This document shows positions 57,829-64,000 of a DNA stretch of 64,000 nt, one piece after another. The notes beneath the pieces are model-generated. The model searched no databases and was not told the origin of the DNA. It was given only the letters and a program-made list of their open reading frames with translations. The stretch lies in the IMG/VR virus record IMGVR_UViG_3300009155_005562; one strand, 5' to 3'. This DNA is from an uncultured virus (IMG/VR IMGVR_UViG_3300009155_005562). Taxonomy: Duplodnaviria > Heunggongvirae > Uroviricota > Caudoviricetes. Each line of letters opens with the position of its first letter. The stretch's first letter is position 1. The translations under genes were made by a program, and so were the position numbers.

Positions 57829-59186
57829 TTAATGATCCTAGCCACAACATTATTATTATCTTCTTGCACCTTAAAACTATAGTTAAGATCTTCCAGTACT
57901 TTTGTCATTGTTTCTTTTGTAAATCCAGTTCTATGTCTCATAAAATCGTTATCTTTAGCAATAAATTTACTGAATCCATAGATCATATCATGACTAGTTA
58001 TATCACCTGCAGGTGAAGAATAGAGAGTATCATTTAATGTGCCTTCAAGGATATGTCTAGCTGTGACCTTTAGATCTGGCACTACGACAATTAACTCACC
58101 TGCTGGTTTAAGAATTCTGTGCATTTGCTTAATGCATTGCTTGACACTGTAAGAATCAACGTGTTCTAAGCAATGATGAATAAAAACCTTATCTGCAATG
58201 TCGGAAGGAATGTTTGTAAGGTCAAGTAAATCTGCAACAACATCTGGGCTTATAGCCTCGTCAATATCTACTCTAACCTCCTTCATCCCTAAAAATTCTT
58301 CTGCATGATTTGTATCCTGAATGCTGCTTCTGCCACAACCAATATTAAAGAAATATTTTTCTTTATCTTCTAGCTGATAGTTAAATGGTTTTTGTTGATG
58401 TTTGTCCCATAATGACTGCCAATCGGCAAACGGATCTTTTTCACTTTCGGTTTGCATATGAAAAGCAAGACTAGGAATTGGGATAAGAAGAAAGTATCCT
58501 CTTTCCTTAAAAAGTTGATTTATAGAGTTATCTTCCATATTTCTATCGAACGGATCACTGGTACCCATTTTATAGAAAAGATCCCATTCCTTATTAATAA
58601 TACTAACGTGAGTCATGAAACAACTGGCAGTTAGTAGGTTGGTGCGCCAGTGTCTATCACAACTTTGTATGATATGTGAAGATATTACTGTATTTACGGG
58701 TGCATAGTGATATGGGTCATTATAGGGAAAAACACTTACCGGGGATTGCAGACTACCGGAGGTCTGCATAAGAGTCCAGACCATATCTCTAACAGCAGAC
58801 TTTTCATACAAGTAATCATCTTGCGCAAAATAAACTAGATCAATACCATTATCTTTACCATATTCATAGCACTTAAGAATAGAGGGCATCACCCCTCTAG
58901 TCTCTAAATGTTCTAATGAACTTTCAAATGGACATTTTGAAAGTTGCTTGTTTAGAAAATCTAAAGTTTCTTCGTCGGAATGATCATCAAATATCTTTAA
59001 TCTTAGGTTAAAGTTTGGTAAAACATTATACGCATCAATAAGTGTGTTAACTAAACTGCTTACACACCTCTTGGTTACTTCTGGTTTAGAATTACTTACA
59101 AATCTCTTGCTTGAATTGTCTCTATTAGACACTGAATGAGTTTGCAATACTACTAGTAAATCAAGTATTTTTTTCTCGCTCTTCAT
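57825..59186 (-). CDS. GT-A glycosyltransferase fused to class I SAM methyltransferase
   Basis: DDHS, YFAQDDY; NIGCG, HCLEH, LKPAG..VPD. Confidence 0.7.
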   Translation of the reverse strand: MKSEKKILDLLVVLQTHSVSNRDNSSKRFVSNSKPEVTKRCVSSLVNTLIDAYNVLPNFNLRLKIFDDHSDEETLDFLNKQLSKCPFESSLEHLETRGVMPSILKCYEYGKDNGIDLVYFAQDDYLYEKSAVRDMVWTLMQTSGSLQSPVSVFPYNDPYHYAPVNTVISSHIIQSCDRHWRTNLLTASCFMTHVSIINKEWDLFYKMGTSDPFDRNMEDNSINQLFKERGYFLLIPIPSLAFHMQTESEKDPFADWQSLWDKHQQKPFNYQLEDKEKYFFNIGCGRSSIQDTNHAEEFLGMKEVRVDIDEAISPDVVADLLDLTNIPSDIADKVFIHHCLEHVDSYSVKQCIKQMHRILKPAGELIVVVPDLKVTARHILEGTLNDTLYSSPAGDITSHDMIYGFSKFIAKDNDFMRHRTGFTKETMTKVLEDLNYSFKVQEDNNNVVARIIK

Positions 59187-59763
59187 ATTCTTTCGCTAAC
59201 CATTTTGGTAAAATTCTATAATATTGAACAGTGCCACAATCCAATGAATGGAATACCCATGGTCTAATAAACACACCATGATTACATTCTAATATCATAT
59301 TATGAGTAACATCCCATTCAAAAAGGTTCTTGTAATTAAACTGAAACCCTTCTAGTACGTTTCTTGAATCTGTCTTATCATATTCTTCAGTATATCGAAT
59401 ATCACTGACATGTTTATAGATATTTAAGGTATTACGCTCTAAAGCTAAAATAAAACACCACTCGTGAGGTGAATCGAAGCTTTCGAAGTGAATCATATTG
59501 TTAAAAGGTTTTCTTACTATACCCGATCTTTTATGATCGACTACAACTTCTTCGCCTAGTATTTTTGAAAATACTAAATGAATATCTGGTAGCACTAGAT
59601 TGAAGTCGGGCATTTCCAAGCCATACTCTCTCTCTACATAGTTAACATCTTGAACTACCGAGCAGAGGGCTTCAGCCTCTCCTTTAGGGAAAAAGCCGTC
59701 AGCATGAATTACTTTTACAGCTGTTCTGTTAATATCAAATTTAGGTTTCTTTTTATTGGCCAT
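59161..59763 (-). CDS. Putative 2OG-Fe(II) oxygenase-like protein
   Basis: ADGFF, IHFE, N..VF....FHS pattern. Confidence 0.45.
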   Translation of the reverse strand: MANKKKPKFDINRTAVKVIHADGFFPKGEAEALCSVVQDVNYVEREYGLEMPDFNLVLPDIHLVFSKILGEEVVVDHKRSGIVRKPFNNMIHFESFDSPHEWCFILALERNTLNIYKHVSDIRYTEEYDKTDSRNVLEGFQFNYKNLFEWDVTHNMILECNHGVFIRPWVFHSLDCGTVQYYRILPKWLAKEYEEREKNT

Positions 59764-60688
59764 AGATATCGTTAAGAATAATTAGACTATATCTTTCTAT
59801 TTCTTCGTTAGAAAAATTCATTATACCGTCATTAAGTCTTTCTGAAAAATCTGTATCCACTCCGCCTATTCTGATAGGGCTATAAACCGGCTTAGAATTA
59901 TATCTACGAAATATTCTAAAATAGTCTGGGTAGCTAACATTCTTTTCAAATGTACTACCCATAAAAATACTTCCTGGTTTATTAAATACTCTTGCCATAT
60001 GCTGGCCTACACTATCACAACCTATAAAATAATCACACTCACTTATTAAAGCCATGTGCATTCTTAGATCAGGGTTGAATTTTGCAAGATCAGGGCTAAA
60101 TGAATCTCCTGGATGCTTAAATTCCATACCGCCGAAATAAAAAACTAAGCAGTCTTTATCGTTAAGAAACTGTCCGATTTTTAAATAATCATCAACATTT
60201 AAACTCCTGTTGGAGTTGTCGAAGGGTTGACCGTTGGTCAAAGCCATTCCGCTACCATAAGGTTGAAAGACTACAACTTTATTCTTATTATGAATCTGTT
60301 TAAATTCATTAATAATTCTTTTAATGGAAAGTGACTCATATGAACTTATATAAAGATTAGGTTTAGTTAAATCTTTATGATTTGTTGTTTTGTTTATTTC
60401 TCTATCAAATGCTTCAGCCAAGGATATCTTTTGATTGTAATAATCATGAATATAATATGGTTCCGGGCTTACAAAATTATTATTCTTAATATAATCCGCA
60501 AATATATTTTTTTGATGAATACCTACAGTTCTTTGTTGTAAAATAGGATGACTCCAGAACAGATCCTGCCAGCCATGTACAATAACCCTAAAGTCATCAT
60601 CAGGATTTAATTTATGATATTTTTCCAGCGCTGGAACAGCTGCAATAACTCTTCCGGCGCCTCCATTAATAGAAAACGTTGTATTCAT
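59753..60688 (-). CDS. GT9 (heptosyltransferase)-like protein
   Basis: GGAGRVI, VFQPYG, FIGCDSVGQH. Confidence 0.65.
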   Translation of the reverse strand: MNTTFSINGGAGRVIAAVPALEKYHKLNPDDDFRVIVHGWQDLFWSHPILQQRTVGIHQKNIFADYIKNNNFVSPEPYYIHDYYNQKISLAEAFDREINKTTNHKDLTKPNLYISSYESLSIKRIINEFKQIHNKNKVVVFQPYGSGMALTNGQPFDNSNRSLNVDDYLKIGQFLNDKDCLVFYFGGMEFKHPGDSFSPDLAKFNPDLRMHMALISECDYFIGCDSVGQHMARVFNKPGSIFMGSTFEKNVSYPDYFRIFRRYNSKPVYSPIRIGGVDTDFSERLNDGIMNFSNEEIERYSLIILNDIYGQ

Positions 60689-61473
60689 GAAGCGTATGTA
60701 CTCCACCAGGATTGCCAGTCAATAAACGGGTCTTTTTGTTGATCAAATTGCATATGAAGTGCCAGGCTGGGTATAGGATTAAATCTAATTGCTTGACCGG
60801 AATTCCAAATTTTCCAAATGGTATTTGCTTCTTCGTAATGCTCTGTTCTAGGGTTAAGATAGTCACCATTATACTTTAACGCTAGCACTTCGAATAGCTC
60901 CCAGTGCTTCTTAAGAAGCTGAGGTCTTGTCATTAGAACATTGGTAGTAAATACACCTGTTCTCCAGTGTCGATGCGAACCATGGACTATAAAGTCTGTT
61001 CTTACGGGAGGATTATATTCAGAAGGCTCGTCAAACGGATATAATACTATGTCATCTCTTTTTAGTCTTTCACGAAAGATATTATAAGAGCCTACCATTT
61101 CATGTATAGCTGTTGTAGAGTGTAAGTAATCATCTTCGACAGAATAAATTAAATCAGCGCTACTATCCCTGCAGAGAATCCATTGCTGAAAAGCTGAGTT
61201 ATTATATCCTCTATCTTCTAGCTCAATGAACTTCTGCTTTTCTTTCAATACGCTTATAATGTCTCTAATAAGCGATTTTGTTTCTTCTGAAGAATGATCA
61301 TCAAGAACTATAAGATTAGTATCAGAATTAGTTGCATACTGAATCGAACGTACTAGTGACTTAATGCAACCCCTAATTAATTCCTGCTTTTCTAGTCCGT
61401 GGTATCTCTTTCTCCAATCAACATGGACGTTAGCAATATCACAAGTACGTAGTACTATATCAAGCTTAATCAT
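60685..61473 (-). CDS. GT-A glycosyltransferase-like protein
   Basis: LDDHS, YSVEDDYLH, PIPSLALH; paralogue of the 57825 N-terminal domain. Confidence 0.7.
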   Translation of the reverse strand: MIKLDIVLRTCDIANVHVDWRKRYHGLEKQELIRGCIKSLVRSIQYATNSDTNLIVLDDHSSEETKSLIRDIISVLKEKQKFIELEDRGYNNSAFQQWILCRDSSADLIYSVEDDYLHSTTAIHEMVGSYNIFRERLKRDDIVLYPFDEPSEYNPPVRTDFIVHGSHRHWRTGVFTTNVLMTRPQLLKKHWELFEVLALKYNGDYLNPRTEHYEEANTIWKIWNSGQAIRFNPIPSLALHMQFDQQKDPFIDWQSWWSTYAS

Positions 61474-62246
61474 TATCTCCAGACTTCCATGCCTGCATAC
61501 TTGTTAAGAACGTCTGGAGGAAGAATAAACTTTCTTTCTCTATACTCTACTTTCTTCCGCACATCATGAAGCTTGATACCGATCTCTGAATCATACTCAT
61601 CCCAAGATGCTTCAACATTATTAAAGTCATGCTCGTAATATTGCTCGCCTAAAAATGCATAAAGAGCTCTCATTGTATCTTTAGGATTCTTACAAAGCTG
61701 ATCGTACTCAAGTAAAAATAATAGCGATTGCTCAGGACCGGTAATGGCTTGCTTAATACCAATATAAGGAAAGCCTACTACCCCGTCTTCTGTCATAAGT
61801 GTATCTACTCTTTGATACACCGAGTTTGAATGTCCTCCGGTAACCGTATTAATAGAAAAAGGGTTGCGGCGGTGTGCACATTCAAAGCTATCAAGAACCC
61901 AGTTAATATCCCTTACACAAACAATATAGCGTGATTTTGGATACAAATCACGAGTGACCGCGGTTAAATATGTCCAAGCTCTGTTTGTATTAAAAATGAC
62001 CGGGCTATCTACTTCTTCGTAGAAACCTTCAAAGAGATGTCTTACTAAATTTTTTCTTCTATTAATAGGCACCTCTGACTTCATGCCAGGTGAATCCTGG
62101 CTGTGCTCTATTACTCCTTTAACTAAATTAGCTAACGAATCAGTAATAGATGAATGGAATCTAGGATTCTGTTTTAAGATAGATGTTAGTAGAGTTGACC
62201 CTGCGCGAGGAAGGCCGGTAATAAAATGATATGTTTTTTCAGTCAT
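61473..62246 (-). CDS. PAPS-dependent sulfotransferase
   Basis: GLPRAGSTLL, CVRD...S, YDQL..NP. Confidence 0.85.
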   Translation of the reverse strand: MTEKTYHFITGLPRAGSTLLTSILKQNPRFHSSITDSLANLVKGVIEHSQDSPGMKSEVPINRRKNLVRHLFEGFYEEVDSPVIFNTNRAWTYLTAVTRDLYPKSRYIVCVRDINWVLDSFECAHRRNPFSINTVTGGHSNSVYQRVDTLMTEDGVVGFPYIGIKQAITGPEQSLLFLLEYDQLCKNPKDTMRALYAFLGEQYYEHDFNNVEASWDEYDSEIGIKLHDVRKKVEYRERKFILPPDVLNKYAGMEVWR

Positions 62247-63597
62247 GTTTACTCATCAATTTAAAAAGTTCTTGCTGTATATTATACAGCGGTTCATTCC
62301 AACATGCAACTTTTGTTTGCTTATGCACTTGAAAATTATCACCATACCACGGCGATTTAGTAGTTTTACTTGAAGTAGTCCAGATATAATACTCAGCAAT
62401 TGGAACTGCCACAAAAGTAGTCTTGCCGATAGCACCAGCTGCATGTACTAGACTAGTACACGAGCTTACAATACAATCCATTTGGCTAATAAAATCTAGG
62501 GTATCTTCCCAAGAATTAATTTTGCCGGATAGGTCTATAACATTATCGTAATTAACTGGTTCTTTATCAATATAATAAATTTCAGCATTGCTTGGTAAGT
62601 ACTCAAGCATTTTTTTAATAGGTATTTTTCTATATTCGTCTTGGCTAAAATATGGATTACCGCTGCATTTAATGCCTATTTTAAATTTACTACTCTTAAG
62701 CTTATTTTTAGGCTTATTTAAAGGTTTTAAGTAGGGACCTTCCCATAAACTATTCTCATCAAGATTTAGATAAGCAGGCAGACTCATCATTGGAGCCCAG
62801 AGTTGCTTTCTATCAATAGAGTATGATTCGGTTATTACTTCAAATCCATTTCTTCTAAAAAAATTAACCGTATCTTCACGATACTTTGACCAGGAAGAAA
62901 ATAGTATAGGTCTCATTCCTAATTTTTTAATATTATTAAAAAATCTAATATTAATTATTTCGTCACCGATGCCACCTTCTCCTTCTACGTATATTGTTTT
63001 ACCTGGATAAGCAGATCCAGTCCAGCGACGCATTTTTAAGTTAGTTTCAAATTTGCCACTTGTAGGCTTAAACGTACCTAGAAAAGAAAGAATACCTTCA
63101 GCAGTCTTCCCCTCGCGAAGAAGTTTTCCAGATAAAGCACTGCGCATATCTTCAGCTCGGTCCGGATACTTATTAATAAGCTCTAGAAGTATTTTTTCTG
63201 AAGTAATTTTGTCGCCTTTGAGGGCAACATTAAATGCCATCTGGGTTTGTGTTTCAAAGTCGTCAGGTGTTGCTTTAAGATTTAAATCAACATAAAACAA
63301 TGCCTTGTCTGGCATGTTCATAGCATTGTATGCCTTATACAGATTGGCTCTTGCAATATAAAGCTGCTCTGGTGATTCTGCTCTTATATAAGCCGCTTCA
63401 GCGCATTTAAGATAAAGATCTCGATATTCTGCCTTTAATGAAAGGTACCCTAGAGTATCAAAGTCTTGAAGCGATTCTGCTCGCTTAAAATACATATCAA
63501 GCATTTCAAATACAATTTTTCTCTTCTCCTGATAAAGAAGATCCATAACAACAGGTTTTAAGTCTTGTATTGTAAACTCAATTACTTCTTCAGCCAT
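62239..63597 (-). CDS. TPR + GT9-like glycosyltransferase
   Basis: Helical repeats; EGGIGDEI..RF, TSLVHAAGAIG, SPWY. Confidence 0.75.
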   Translation of the reverse strand: MAEEVIEFTIQDLKPVVMDLLYQEKRKIVFEMLDMYFKRAESLQDFDTLGYLSLKAEYRDLYLKCAEAAYIRAESPEQLYIARANLYKAYNAMNMPDKALFYVDLNLKATPDDFETQTQMAFNVALKGDKITSEKILLELINKYPDRAEDMRSALSGKLLREGKTAEGILSFLGTFKPTSGKFETNLKMRRWTGSAYPGKTIYVEGEGGIGDEIINIRFFNNIKKLGMRPILFSSWSKYREDTVNFFRRNGFEVITESYSIDRKQLWAPMMSLPAYLNLDENSLWEGPYLKPLNKPKNKLKSSKFKIGIKCSGNPYFSQDEYRKIPIKKMLEYLPSNAEIYYIDKEPVNYDNVIDLSGKINSWEDTLDFISQMDCIVSSCTSLVHAAGAIGKTTFVAVPIAEYYIWTTSSKTTKSPWYGDNFQVHKQTKVACWNEPLYNIQQELFKLMSKHD

Positions 63598-64000
63598 CCT
63601 TCACCACCACTAACTTTACCCATAGTTCTTCTATAATATTATTGTGCTCTCTGAGATATTTTTCCACCTTATCTCTTGGCTCACCTTCGAACTCCTTGCG
63701 GTAAAGTTGCGATGGCATGTAATCCCAATCAACTATCTCAAAGTCAACATTAAAGTAATCCCCTAGACGGCTAGAAGCTGCTTGTTGTTCTTTGCACAGT
63801 TTATTGTGCTTTTTACTGAATAGCAGAAGCCCACCCACAGTAATAGGTCTTCTATGAGTAGGATCATCGTAGAAATAATCGTGCCTGTGATGTGGCACTC
63901 TTATATCAATTAATGCTCCGTGTTTGCAAATTCTATAGAGCTCTTTCAAGCAGTGAAAGTACCCTTCACCTAAATGCTCGAACACATGATGTGCTACTAC
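63590..64000 (-). CDS. Class I SAM methyltransferase (5' truncated)
   Basis: HVFEHL...ELYRICK.GA.I.I.VPH...DPTH. Confidence 0.7.
   Translation of the reverse strand, partial: VVAHHVFEHLGEGYFHCLKELYRICKHGALIDIRVPHHRHDYFYDDPTHRRPITVGGLLLFSKKHNKLCKEQQAASSRLGDYFNVDFEIVDWDYMPSQLYRKEFEGEPRDKVEKYLREHNNIIEELWVKLVVVKDG

Overview
This 64 kb window comes from a large T4-like myophage (T4 superfamily), probably infecting a proteobacterium. Most genes are on the minus strand. From left to right: (1) about 0.5-10.3 kb is accessory, with many small early genes behind repeated sigma70-type promoters, a TraR/DksA factor, an AAA ATPase, HEXXH proteins and late plus-strand envelope/secreted modules; (2) about 11-26 kb is replication core (gp41, UvsX, gp43, RegA, gp62, gp44, gp45) plus Hsp20 and 14 tRNAs, with a ~430-nt structured RNA containing a near-canonical hammerhead ribozyme fold directly after the tRNA array; (3) about 26-35 kb is an unusually complete 7-deazaguanine cluster (folE, queD, queE, queC, queF, DpdA/TGT-like) interleaved with a PurN-like formyltransferase, phosphoribosyltransferase, NMP-kinase-like, MazG-like, dUTPase-like, Ntn amidotransferase and PD-(D/E)XK nuclease genes; (4) about 35-55 kb holds recombination, late transcription and virion genes (gp46, gp47, gp55, UvsW, UvsY, gp3, gp23-gp13); (5) about 55-64 kb is an AT-rich ADP-heptose/glycosyl-/sulfo-/methyltransferase island. 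Two reading-frame lesions are visible: an in-frame TAA in queE and a 1-nt deletion in tail sheath gp18. All calls come from motif recognition by eye; no searches were run.
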